A stretch of DNA of 59,908 nt, taken from positions 1-59,908 of the IMG/VR virus record IMGVR_UViG_3300004805_000007, one strand, 5' to 3'. The notes below the pieces were generated by a model. The model did no database searches and was not told the origin of the DNA. It saw only the letters and a list, made by a program, of their open reading frames with translations. Every line of letters starts with the position of its first letter. Position 1 is the first letter of the stretch. The position numbers and the translations under genes are program-made. This DNA comes from a virus (taxonomy: Duplodnaviria; Caudoviricetes). Positions 26,601 to 34,876 of this stretch are shown piece by piece.

Positions 26601-27863
26601 GCAAAATTGTTTTCACAAAAATATGAGCAAGAAGGAAAAATTATTAGTCAACAGTATCCAAATCTTTCTGGCACAGAAAGAGCGCAGATGATTACAAAAA
26701 ATACGGTAGAAAAATTAAGAGATGAAACCCGCAAAAAATTAATGGTTTTCTTTGAAAAACACAACGTCCTTAATCATGAAGTTAAAACCATGTTTAAAGA
26801 TGCCGTTGATGCCGATCAAGCTATTGGGGATGGACAAGGTACTTACACTGATTTCGCATTTAAACAGGCGGATAATGTAATAAACCGTGATTTAAAAGAC
26901 TTTCACACAGCAACGGGCTCAGAGTTTGCTAGGCTAAAACATAAACTTCCTGATTATTTAGTCCCTGACCTAGGTCATGGTGATTTGTATTCCAGCAAAC
27001 TCCCTGAGGGGGAGGGGTACACACACATGATGTTGCATTACAGCCATGAAACAAACCCGGTGGCTTTTAGCCGGTTTACTGACCACACTGTAAATCTTAA
27101 TGGTCAAAAAATGGAAGGAATGTATGTGACTGAGCTACAGTCCGATTTGTATAAACGGTTAAAGCAAAGAGGCGCTGTTGGGAAAAGCGCGGCAGATGAT
27201 GCCCCTAAAATTGATAAAATAAAACAAGAACAACAAAATTTAAATTCCCAAATAGAAACTCTAAGGGAAGAACATGAGTCGTATTCAAAATACGGAGAAA
27301 ACCCAAATACTATTAGCTATGAAGTAACGGGGGCTAAATTACGTGATTTACAAAATGAATTGCTTAACAAAGATATTTTAATTTCAGACATTAAAAACAA
27401 AAAATACGATGTTGCTCCAGCTTATGCGGGAATGGAGAATTCTCCGCAAGTAATTCAACAACTTGCAGCTAAAAATGCAGTACTTGCTGGCGTAAAACGT
27501 GGAAAGAATTTCGTGGCTTTTCCCGGGGTAGAGTCAGATCAAGCAAAACTTTATGAAAAAATGCCACGAAACATTGATGAAATTTTAAGAGACCTTGGCC
27601 CCGGTTTTGAACATCAAATAGTGCGTCTTCCTTTGCCTGAAGGGGTGGATAGCACAAAAATGTACAAACTGATGAAAGCAAAGTCTGTTGAATATCCAAC
27701 GGATGCAAATGGCATAGTTATGAATAACGAGCCCCTTACAATGCTTTCGCATGCGATAGTCTGGAGCCCCGAAGCCGCTGCGCGGATCTTGAAACAGGGT
27801 GTACGCTTCCGCCACGGCGGCTCCGTTGAACGCCAATCGGACGATAATCGCCGCTACCTATAA
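23637..27863 (+). CDS. Large polyvalent virion protein: N-terminal lytic transglycosylase, HExxH metallopeptidase-like module, C-terminal ELQSD module
   Basis: SLT motifs AESSG, GEMQV, AYNWGPG, EETANYV; HEAEH at 24747-24761; H...N.VAFSRF...YVTELQSD. Confidence 0.8.
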   Translation: MANPSDQEFINRIMDAESSGRRYDKNGKLLQGPRTKHGTAKGEMQVIDKTNLDPGFGVTPAKNKSPDERARVGKDYAQAMLDRYDKDRQIAAMAYNWGPGNVDKWVAGGKKGAIPEETANYVVRVTGSPIQTAKKAEPTPSFAAAAPAPAATAGAPKPPATPPVRKAEAAPTEDIKSRIAALGPNYHAAMALSYLADNTDEDDPTIQAYRERNEGGSDWLSQESAPVALASVDLKASSPFQEPVTAARGGLIHRAGGSPEEGEEIASDSDTMASNTDPETGRVVTTKYGEQTPVYSFQGKDYPAAQGANLPPSRSKQALEAYVQAMVPDANVREKYPLSDSVRGFISRKDPSTINLSPILSPGSREETMLHEAEHSMDARGGDLLGRPNIKGMDNNYRAYYLMGSRWAPINMTVKNIVDNKDELEQFFGRPLDNSYFRKETYTNVAKDGDPSALFSEQLATLSALERQTGKFLTHDPKMRELIFPSNPLYNNTSMMAVYDALTGPRQTRMDARDMPPHTPVPSYLYEEPGSMTRFFRKHTTGPNEYGIPIKRADGSPEEGEGSPEYSFMGVPRTDNEHKLYPKTERMNPVVKAVKSGVDTFNRFIDSGPSVGNVVGDVVGAIPFVGPDLRKSMEESTVTLPTRYTRSPTNPNVAVGVETSKVPVTDALNSVKMSDLVGGTGVSNVLGSVGKGYAPSPLDVLDTVGAGAVGYKAAKAGVKTAKKASDMLKELKTPAQVAANIEPALDAATPAAASLSAMATQRGATPTPFFSPLDAYAQTLTGPVTPAEFIKQVQNKGFRAYEVERAKEAMQKLGTGQVSRSQILDSLDETYHPENFITKVAEPGTVGYTHPEVDNVFNGRYPSDPALSWTMVNGRGKSPPQGVISLHLPVTDQMREARQVQIALENLRSYKLSLINPSVTSNSVMTSAEKAASLIADVHGQRSEEALDAMESVDLIRRKQEQIVPYLEQIPEYLKLQQEFKYPMAKADAKLFSQKYEQEGKIISQQYPNLSGTERAQMITKNTVEKLRDETRKKLMVFFEKHNVLNHEVKTMFKDAVDADQAIGDGQGTYTDFAFKQADNVINRDLKDFHTATGSEFARLKHKLPDYLVPDLGHGDLYSSKLPEGEGYTHMMLHYSHETNPVAFSRFTDHTVNLNGQKMEGMYVTELQSDLYKRLKQRGAVGKSAADDAPKIDKIKQEQQNLNSQIETLREEHESYSKYGENPNTISYEVTGAKLRDLQNELLNKDILISDIKNKKYDVAPAYAGMENSPQVIQQLAAKNAVLAGVKRGKNFVAFPGVESDQAKLYEKMPRNIDEILRDLGPGFEHQIVRLPLPEGVDSTKMYKLMKAKSVEYPTDANGIVMNNEPLTMLSHAIVWSPEAAARILKQGVRFRHGGSVERQSDDNRRYL

Positions 27864-27872
27864 GGACAGAAT

Positions 27873-30212
27873 ATGCCAGTTGAAAAAGCCCTACGTGCTG
27901 AAGACCTGCCTTCAGGCAGCATGGACATTGAAGTCGATGACGGTCCGCTGCCCGATGTCAACATCACCTTTGACATTGAGACCGGTGGCGTGGTCATTGA
28001 CATGGGCGAAGACGATGCTGCTGAAGTCCCCTTTGACAGCAACCTTGCCGAGGTAGTACCGGAGTCTGTCCTTGCCTCTATCTCTCAAGAACTAATGGAC
28101 ATGTTTGATGCGGACGTGGCATCACGCAAGGAGTGGGAAGATCAGTACAGCAAGGGCCTCAAGCTCTTGGGCTTTAACATCGAAGAGCGCACCCGTCCCT
28201 TCAAAGGAGCGTGCGGCGTGAGCCACCCCTTGCTCACCGAGAGCATCGTCCAGTTCCAATCCCAAGCACTCAAGGAATTGCTCCCTGCCGAAGGCCCCGT
28301 GCGTACGCAAGTGATGGGCAAGGAAACCCGCGAGAAGCTGATGCAAGCGGATCGCGTGCGGGACTACATGAACTACCAAATCACAGACGTGATGGAAGAG
28401 TACACGCCTGAGTTTGACCAGCTTTTGTTCTACACCGGTTACGGCGGCTCCACTTTCAAGAAGGTCTACTACGACGAGAACAAGGGTCGCATGGTGAGCG
28501 CTCTTGTGTTGGCCGACAACCTGTACATCCCGTACCACGGTTCGTCAGTCATGAGCGAATGCGAACGCATCACGCACCGCGTATTCATGTCCGCCAACGC
28601 CTACCGCAAGGCCGTGGTTCGCGGTCAGTACTTAGATGATGCCGAGACCGCAGACGCTGGCAGCAATAGCCCAAGCGTTATCCAAAAGGCAGTGGACAAG
28701 CTGACCGGCGTGGCCCCCACTCCTGATAACGATGAAGTCTCCTTGCTGGAATTCCAAGTTGACTACGATCTCCCCGGCTTTGAAGACAAGGATGAGGAGG
28801 GCGAGGAAACAAATATCCAATTGCCCTACATCATCACTGTGGATGAGACCTCCAAATCCGTTGTTGGCATCCGCCGCAATTGGGAAGAGGGCGACAAAAA
28901 GCATGCACGCAAACAGTACTACGTGCACTACATCTTGGTCCAAGGCCCGGGAGCCTATGGCCTTGGTTTCTTGCAATTGGTTGGTGGCCTGACCAAGACA
29001 GCAACGTCTGCCTTGCAGCAACTGGTCGATGCCGGTACGTTCGCCAATCTGCCAGCGGGCTTTAAGGCCAAGGGCGCACGGATCATGAATGATGACGTGC
29101 CGCTGCAACCGGGTGAGTTCCGGGACATGGATGCAGGCGGAGCAGAGTTGCAGTCCTCCCTGTTGCCGCTGCCGTACAAGGAGCCAAGTCAGACGTTGTT
29201 TACTCTGCTTGGATTTTGCGTGGACGCTGGTCGGCGCATGGCATCTATCACCGACATGCAAGTTGGCGACAGCAACCAAAATGCCGCCGTGGGCACAACG
29301 ATTGCACTGCTGGAAAAAGGCAGCGCGGTCATGTCCTCTATCCACAAGCGCCTGCACTACAGCCAGAAGCTGGAGTTCCAATTGCTGGCCAAGGGTTTTG
29401 CGGAGTTCCTTCCTGACCAGTATCCGTACGATGTCCCCGGCGAGTCGCGCCTCATCAAGAAGTCTGACTTTGATGACCGTGTGGACGTACTGCCGGTATC
29501 TGACCCCAACATCTTCTCGGTGGCCCAGCGCATTACTATGGCGCAAACCCAGTTACAACTGGCTCAGAGCGCTCCGCAGATGCACAACATGTACGAGTCG
29601 TACCGTAGGATGTACGAAGCCATTGGCGTGCGGGATATTGACTCCATCTTGAACTCGCAGAACGTGGACAAGCCTAAAGACCCGGCCAGCGAAAACAGCA
29701 TGGCGTTGGACGGCTCACCGCTTAAAGCTTTTGCTGGCCAACAGCACGATGCGCACATAATGACTCATTTAATGTTTGGTATGTCACCAATAGTGCAGGG
29801 CGCTCCGGGCGCACCCATTATTTTGCAGAAACATATCCTTGAACACATCTCTATCCAAGCCGAAGAGGCCGTGGAAGCTGAACTGTTTAAGCAATACGGC
29901 ACTGACCCTGACTCAATGATCTCGCCGCTGCAACGCGAAGCCATGGTGGCTTTAAAGGTAGTAGAAGGTTTTCAAGCAATGAAGGCTATGCAGGACAAGT
30001 TGCAGCCTCCATCTCCCCCTGATCCATTGATTGATTTGAAGAAACAAGAGCTTCAGCAGTCTGCTGCCAGCGATCAAGCCAAGCAACAGGTCAATCAGGC
30101 CAAGCTACAGCTTGATCAGCAGAAAGAACAGTCCGATGAACGCATGGATCAGGCCAACTTGGCCTTGAAACAGCAACAACTAGGAGCCCAAAATGGCAAC
30201 CAAGCCCGTTAA
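27873..30212 (+). CDS. Portal protein (P22-like)
   Basis: 779 aa between terL and the capsid genes; helical core and Gln-rich coiled-coil C-terminus. Confidence 0.85.
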   Translation: MPVEKALRAEDLPSGSMDIEVDDGPLPDVNITFDIETGGVVIDMGEDDAAEVPFDSNLAEVVPESVLASISQELMDMFDADVASRKEWEDQYSKGLKLLGFNIEERTRPFKGACGVSHPLLTESIVQFQSQALKELLPAEGPVRTQVMGKETREKLMQADRVRDYMNYQITDVMEEYTPEFDQLLFYTGYGGSTFKKVYYDENKGRMVSALVLADNLYIPYHGSSVMSECERITHRVFMSANAYRKAVVRGQYLDDAETADAGSNSPSVIQKAVDKLTGVAPTPDNDEVSLLEFQVDYDLPGFEDKDEEGEETNIQLPYIITVDETSKSVVGIRRNWEEGDKKHARKQYYVHYILVQGPGAYGLGFLQLVGGLTKTATSALQQLVDAGTFANLPAGFKAKGARIMNDDVPLQPGEFRDMDAGGAELQSSLLPLPYKEPSQTLFTLLGFCVDAGRRMASITDMQVGDSNQNAAVGTTIALLEKGSAVMSSIHKRLHYSQKLEFQLLAKGFAEFLPDQYPYDVPGESRLIKKSDFDDRVDVLPVSDPNIFSVAQRITMAQTQLQLAQSAPQMHNMYESYRRMYEAIGVRDIDSILNSQNVDKPKDPASENSMALDGSPLKAFAGQQHDAHIMTHLMFGMSPIVQGAPGAPIILQKHILEHISIQAEEAVEAELFKQYGTDPDSMISPLQREAMVALKVVEGFQAMKAMQDKLQPPSPPDPLIDLKKQELQQSAASDQAKQQVNQAKLQLDQQKEQSDERMDQANLALKQQQLGAQNGNQAR

Positions 30213-30324
30213 ACCAAAGAAAATGCCAGAACAGCCGCAAAAAACGGCAGTAAAAGCCTCAGAAAAACCAAAAGTTACGTACGTCTACCGAAAAGATGCG
30301 TTTAATAAGGTAAAACTTGCGTAG
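30193..30324 (+). CDS. Small basic protein, 43 aa (absent from the ORF track)
   Basis: SD TAGGAG; MATKPVKPKK...YRKDAFNKVKLA. Confidence 0.5.
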   Translation: MATKPVKPKKMPEQPQKTAVKASEKPKVTYVYRKDAFNKVKLA

Positions 30325-30392
30325 TTTTACGGTATAGTACGCACGAACCCTTCAAACAGGGGCCAAACTGTTTGCTTTCATAGGAGAAATCC

Positions 30393-30578
30393 ATGCTGGA
30401 ATTTGCAGAAGCGGTATTTGTTCAGATCAAACGGCTCCGTAAAGAGTCCCAAGAGATGATTTTGAATGGCCGTGTGCAGAATATGGAGCAATACAAGTTC
30501 ATGATGGGCCGGTTGGAAGGGTTTAACTTCGTTGAGGATGCTGTGCAAGAGATTCTCAAGAAAAATCCAAACCTTTAA
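30393..30578 (+). CDS. Hypothetical head-module protein
   Basis: SD AGGAG; EQYKFMMGRLEG pattern. Confidence 0.7.
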   Translation: MLEFAEAVFVQIKRLRKESQEMILNGRVQNMEQYKFMMGRLEGFNFVEDAVQEILKKNPNL

Positions 30579-30588
30579 GGATCTATTG

Positions 30589-31062
30589 ATGACTGTAGCT
30601 ACTCCATTGGAAGAAAAGTGGGCTCAGGAATTTGCCGCAAAGGCAGAAGCCGAGGCCCAAGCGGCAATTGCAATGCAAGAAGACGAAGCTCGTGCCAAGC
30701 AAAGCCATGAAGAACAGCTTGACGCTGTCAAAGACCATTTGCCACAGCCTACTGGCTGGCGAATTGTGGTTTTGCCTTACCGAGGCGTTGGCCAAACAAA
30801 GGGTGGAATTCATTTACCCGGGCAAACCCTAGATCGTCAGCAATTGCTCACTACTTGTGCCTACGTTTTAGCCGTTGGCCCTTTGGCATATGCCGATACT
30901 CAGAAATTCCCTCACGGTCCTTGGTGCAAGGAAGGTGATTGGATTATTTTTGGCCGATATGCCGGTGCAAGGATGCAAATTGAGGGTGGCGAGATTCGAA
31001 TCTTGAACGATGACGAGATCTTGGCCAAGATTAAAGACCCCAATGACATTCTTCACATGTAA
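30589..31062 (+). CDS. groES: GroES-like co-chaperonin with N-terminal extension
   Basis: PTGWRIVV, TKGGI.LP, VLAVGP, KEGD.IIF.RYAG and ILNDDEILA motifs. Confidence 0.9.
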   Translation: MTVATPLEEKWAQEFAAKAEAEAQAAIAMQEDEARAKQSHEEQLDAVKDHLPQPTGWRIVVLPYRGVGQTKGGIHLPGQTLDRQQLLTTCAYVLAVGPLAYADTQKFPHGPWCKEGDWIIFGRYAGARMQIEGGEIRILNDDEILAKIKDPNDILHM

Positions 31063-31073
31063 GGAGCCCAAAA

Positions 31074-31970
31074 ATGGCACGACAATTTATGAATGACAAC
31101 CAGCTAGAGTTTGATCTAGGTGAAGGCGAGGTCGCCACGGACATTTCCGTGGAAGATCCCGTAGAAGAAGGCGGCGCTGCTCCTGCGGCCCCCTCGGAGA
31201 ATCAAGAACACCGTGATGAACTGGACACTGTCAGTGAAGGTGTTCAAAAACGCATCTCCAAGCTTACTGCCCGCATGCGGGAAGCCGAACGCCAAAAGGA
31301 TGCAGCTATTGCCTTTGCCCAAGGCTTGCAAAGCGAGAAGTACACCCTTCAGCAAAAGCTTGTCAACACGGATTACAGCCGTTTGAACGAAGCCAAGGGC
31401 CGACTGGACACTCAGCAGGCTACTTTGAAGGCAATCATCCGCAAAGCCCGAGAAGAAGGTGACATTGACACCGAAACCGAAGCCCAGCAGCGTCTGACTG
31501 ACCTGACTATGGAGTCCCGCCAAGTTACAGGCTGGCTCCAGACCCAGCAACAGCAGGTGGAAAACTTCCGCCAGCCCATGCCGCAGCAGCAGGTCCCTCA
31601 GGTACAACAAAAACCCACCCCCTCGCCCCGGGCGGAGGATTGGGCCTCTCGCAATACATGGTATGGTCAGGATCGCGTGGCTACTTATGCCGCTTGGGGA
31701 ATCCACCAGACTCTTGTTGAGCAAGAGGGGGTTGAACCCGATTCAGATGAGTATTACAATGAATTAGATCGAAGACTTCGGGAAGAACTCCCGACCCGCT
31801 TTGCAGCCCAACCCAGACAACAGCGTTCCGCGCCTGCTGTTGCACCTGCTTCCCGTAGTTCGGGGATAAATAGTGCGCGCCGTACTGTCCGGCTATCGCC
31901 GAGTCAGATTGCTATTGCTAAGAAGCTGAATGTTCCTCTTGAGGAATATGCTAAGTACGTAAAGGAATGA
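31074..31970 (+). CDS. Putative capsid scaffolding protein
   Basis: Acidic N-terminus, long coiled coil, C-terminal LSPSQIAIAKKL.VP.EEYAK; upstream of the capsid genes. Confidence 0.7.
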   Translation: MARQFMNDNQLEFDLGEGEVATDISVEDPVEEGGAAPAAPSENQEHRDELDTVSEGVQKRISKLTARMREAERQKDAAIAFAQGLQSEKYTLQQKLVNTDYSRLNEAKGRLDTQQATLKAIIRKAREEGDIDTETEAQQRLTDLTMESRQVTGWLQTQQQQVENFRQPMPQQQVPQVQQKPTPSPRAEDWASRNTWYGQDRVATYAAWGIHQTLVEQEGVEPDSDEYYNELDRRLREELPTRFAAQPRQQRSAPAVAPASRSSGINSARRTVRLSPSQIAIAKKLNVPLEEYAKYVKE

Positions 31971-32440
31971 TCATGAGCGAAAAAATTACCATCGATAGAG
32001 CCGCCCGCCCAACTCGGGATAAGGAAACTCGTCGCAAGCCATGGGCAGCGCCTTCACGCTTAGATACACCACCGCCTCCAGAAGGCTATGGATACCGTTG
32101 GATTCGTGCAGAAGTCAATGGATTCGTAGATAAGCAAAATGTCTACAGCAGCATGCGCGAAGGTTATGAACTCGTGCGCATTGAGGAATTGCCTGAAGAA
32201 TACCAAGGCATGATGCCCACCATTGAGGATGGGAAGCATGCAGGGGTGGTCACCACCGGTGGCCTGCTTCTAGCAAAAATCCCTGATGAGACTGCTGAAG
32301 AGCGTAATGCCCATTACCGTATGAAGGCCCGTGAGCAGTTGTCCGCAGTAGACAATGAGTTGATGCGAGAAAACGCACACTCTACAATGCGCATTCAATC
32401 CCCCGAGAGAAGTTCCAAAACAACTTTCGGAAACCGTTAA
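31967..32440 (+). CDS. Conserved head-module protein
   Basis: W..PS.LD.P.PP.GY.YRWIR motif. Confidence 0.7.
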   Translation: MIMSEKITIDRAARPTRDKETRRKPWAAPSRLDTPPPPEGYGYRWIRAEVNGFVDKQNVYSSMREGYELVRIEELPEEYQGMMPTIEDGKHAGVVTTGGLLLAKIPDETAEERNAHYRMKAREQLSAVDNELMRENAHSTMRIQSPERSSKTTFGNR

Positions 32441-32471
32441 TTCGGATTTTTTAATCTTTTAGGAGCTACAA

Positions 32472-33059
32472 ATGGCAAATGTAAATAAGCCTTTTGGTCT
32501 GCGTCCGCTAGGTAATCTTTCAGCTACTGGTGCTCAAAAGCAGTATGGCTATCTGATTGCAAGTGGATACGGAACTGCGATCTATCAGGGCGACTTAGTT
32601 GTTGTCTATGACGGATACATCATCAAGTATGACGCTTCCACACACACTGCCCCCACGGGCGTGTTTAACGGTTGCCAATACAACGACCCGACTCGCACCG
32701 ACAAACCAACTTGGAAGAATTACTACCCCGGTAGTATTACCCCCAATATTGGTAGCATTGTGTGTGAAGTTCAGGACGATCCAAACCAATTGTTCCTTGT
32801 ACAGGCAGATGGTTCGGTCACCCAAGCAAACATCGGCAAAAATGCTGACCCAACTGCGTCTACCACTGGCAGTACCTACACCGGTATCTCCAATGGAACT
32901 CTCAGTTCGTCCTCCATTGCTAAGACTGCTGCATTGACGTTCAAAATCGTGGGTCTATCCGACACCTCGACGAACGCATTTGGCACCTATGCACAGGTGG
33001 TTGTGAAACTTAATCAACATCAATACGGTAGTGTTGGCGTTGCAGCAGACGGAGCATAA
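32472..33059 (+). CDS. Putative capsid decoration/minor head protein
   Basis: MAN..PFGLRP, IYQGD, GVFNGC and DDP motifs; directly before the MCP. Confidence 0.7.
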   Translation: MANVNKPFGLRPLGNLSATGAQKQYGYLIASGYGTAIYQGDLVVVYDGYIIKYDASTHTAPTGVFNGCQYNDPTRTDKPTWKNYYPGSITPNIGSIVCEVQDDPNQLFLVQADGSVTQANIGKNADPTASTTGSTYTGISNGTLSSSSIAKTAALTFKIVGLSDTSTNAFGTYAQVVVKLNQHQYGSVGVAADGA

Positions 33060-33061
33060 TC

Positions 33062-33976
33062 ATGGCTATTACACGTTCACAACTCGTAAAAGAGCTAGAG
33101 CCCGGACTCAATGCCTTGTTTGGTATGGAGTACAACCGCTATGAAAACGAACACGAAGAGATTTTCGAAATCGAATCTTCTGACCGTGCGTTTGAAGAAG
33201 AGGTAATGTTGACCGGCTTCGGTTCTGCTCCAACCAAGGTTGAAGGCGCAGGCGTGCAATATGACACCGCGAACGAATCGTTCACGGCCCGTTATACGCA
33301 CGAAACCATTGCAATGGCGTTTGCATTGACTGAAGAAGCTGTAGAGGACAACCTCTATGACCGCCTCTCTGGTCGCTACACCAAAGCACTGGCGCGTTCG
33401 ATGTCTCACACCAAGCAAGTCAAGGCGGCTTCTGTACTGAACAATGCATTTACTGGCGGCAATTATGTCGGCGGTGACGGCGTTTCTCTGTGCAACTTGA
33501 ACCACCCCACTGCACTGGCTCAAAACTTTGCCAATACGCCTTCGACTCAGGCTGACCTGAACGAAACGTCTTTGGAACAAGGTTTGATCGACATTGCAAG
33601 CTTCATCGACGAGCGTGGCTTGAAGATCGCTGTTATGGGCAAGAAAATGATTGTTCCAAAAGAACTTCAGTTTACTGCCGAGCGCCTGATGAAGTCCACT
33701 CTGCGTACTGCGACTGCCGACAACGATATCAATGCCATCAAATCGATGGGCTTGATTCCTGACGGTTATGCCGTGAACCACTTCTTGACCGACACCAACG
33801 CATGGTTCATCATGACCGATGCGCCCAACGGTCTGAAGATGTTCCAGCGTTCGCCAATCAAGACCGCCTTTGAAGGCGATTTTGACACCGGCAATGTGCG
33901 CTACAAGGCTCGTGAGCGTTACAGCTTCGGCTGGTCTGACCCTCGCGGCATCTACGGCTCTTCGGGTTCGACCTGA
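33062..33976 (+). CDS. Major capsid protein (Mu gpT-like, HK97 fold)
   Basis: MAITRSQL.KEL.PGLNALFG...YKARERYSFGWSDPRG; followed by a strong terminator. Confidence 0.88.
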   Translation: MAITRSQLVKELEPGLNALFGMEYNRYENEHEEIFEIESSDRAFEEEVMLTGFGSAPTKVEGAGVQYDTANESFTARYTHETIAMAFALTEEAVEDNLYDRLSGRYTKALARSMSHTKQVKAASVLNNAFTGGNYVGGDGVSLCNLNHPTALAQNFANTPSTQADLNETSLEQGLIDIASFIDERGLKIAVMGKKMIVPKELQFTAERLMKSTLRTATADNDINAIKSMGLIPDGYAVNHFLTDTNAWFIMTDAPNGLKMFQRSPIKTAFEGDFDTGNVRYKARERYSFGWSDPRGIYGSSGST

Positions 33977-34013
33977 TAAGCTTCAGTACGGTAGAGGTGA
34001 CTGGCCTGCCACT

Positions 34014-34040
34014 AGGGCCCCTTCGGGGGCCCTTTTTATT
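34014..34040 (+). terminator. Intrinsic terminator after the MCP
   Basis: AGGGCCCC-TTCG-GGGGCCCT followed by a T-tract (cUUCGg loop). Confidence 0.9.
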
Positions 34041-34115
34041 GTTTCAAATCTGTCATAAATGCCGCCTAAGATGTGCTTGCAGCGCGGTGTTGCATCATTT
34101 TTATAGGGGTTTATC

Positions 34116-34373
34116 ATGGACATTACATTTGTGGCTAAAGTTGATTTGTTTGATTTCCTTAGCTATTTTGGGGTTGAAGTTGAGGATGTTTTTGGTGATG
34201 AAGTTGAAGATGAGTTTGCTGACGAAGAGTATGTATATGATGATGAAGGCGTAGCGTATTGGTACGACGAAGAAAATGAAGTTTGGTACGCATACGACGA
34301 AGAGTCTGACGACTGGTACGAGTGCGAAGAAGTTGCGGAAGACGAAGCTGAAGAGGAAGAGTCCGCTGCTTAA
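34116..34373 (+). CDS. Highly acidic, aromatic-rich small protein
   Basis: About 36 of 85 residues are D/E, with one K; repeated [YW]x[YW]DEE. Confidence 0.7.
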   Translation: MDITFVAKVDLFDFLSYFGVEVEDVFGDEVEDEFADEEYVYDDEGVAYWYDEENEVWYAYDEESDDWYECEEVAEDEAEEEESAA

Positions 34374-34385
34374 TTGGGTACGACC

Positions 34386-34757
34386 CTACCCAGATTGGGA
34401 GGCTTTGGCCTCCTTTTTCTTTTGTCTTTCATTGTAGTGGTGTATGCGGTGGCAGTTTGAACACAGAACTATACATTTTGCCGCTTCTTTGTACGCTAGT
34501 TTGTACCGGCCGTTTTGGGCTAACTCATTAACGCTGTATTCTTTAGTATCCGGCGGGTGATGGAAATCTATACAGGCGGGGTGGTTAAACCCGCAATTTG
34601 AACAAGATAGACGGGCTTTGTAGTCTTTCCACTCCTTGCGTTTTTCCCTGCGACGATCATTGATACGGTTTTTTTCAGCCTCTTTGTTCCTTTCGTAGTA
34701 CTTTGCTGAGTATTCCTTGTGCTTTGCCTTGTGAACTTCTGGGTCTTTGAAGGGCAT
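34386..34757 (-). CDS. HNH endonuclease
   Basis: CSNCG...DFHH...KC.VLCSNCHRIHH. Confidence 0.85.
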   Translation of the reverse strand: MPFKDPEVHKAKHKEYSAKYYERNKEAEKNRINDRRREKRKEWKDYKARLSCSNCGFNHPACIDFHHPPDTKEYSVNELAQNGRYKLAYKEAAKCIVLCSNCHRIHHYNERQKKKEAKASQSG

Positions 34758-34758
34758 A

Positions 34759-34786
34759 TTGACAAGCCTTAAAAATAGTGTATATT
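34759..34786 (+). promoter_or_regulatory. sigma70-like promoter
   Basis: TTGACA-N16-TATATT. Confidence 0.65.
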
Positions 34787-34795
34787 GCAGCTAAC

Positions 34796-34868
34796 CCGGG
34801 CTTTCCGGTACATTGAACTGTCCCGGCAGACGACATACCGATCAATGTACTTCACTTGTATGTAAGGA
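34796..34868 (+). ncRNA. Double-pseudoknot RNA element (possibly the Mu-gpT-DE motif)
   Basis: Four perfect pairings: CCGGG/CCCGG, GTACATTGA/TCAATGTAC, CTG/CAG, ACATAC/GTATGT; downstream of the gpT-like capsid gene. Confidence 0.7.
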
Positions 34869-34876
34869 CTATTAAT

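Noticed and set aside
28632-29546. Long antisense ORFs (also 1897-2601, 33095-33781, 44564-45304)
   Set aside because: Shadows of well-supported genes on the opposite strand, with no motifs
34796-34868. HDV-like/theta or twister ribozyme
   Set aside because: Helix order differs from the HDV fold (a' lies inside the c loop) and twister consensus residues are not evident; self-cleavage remains untested
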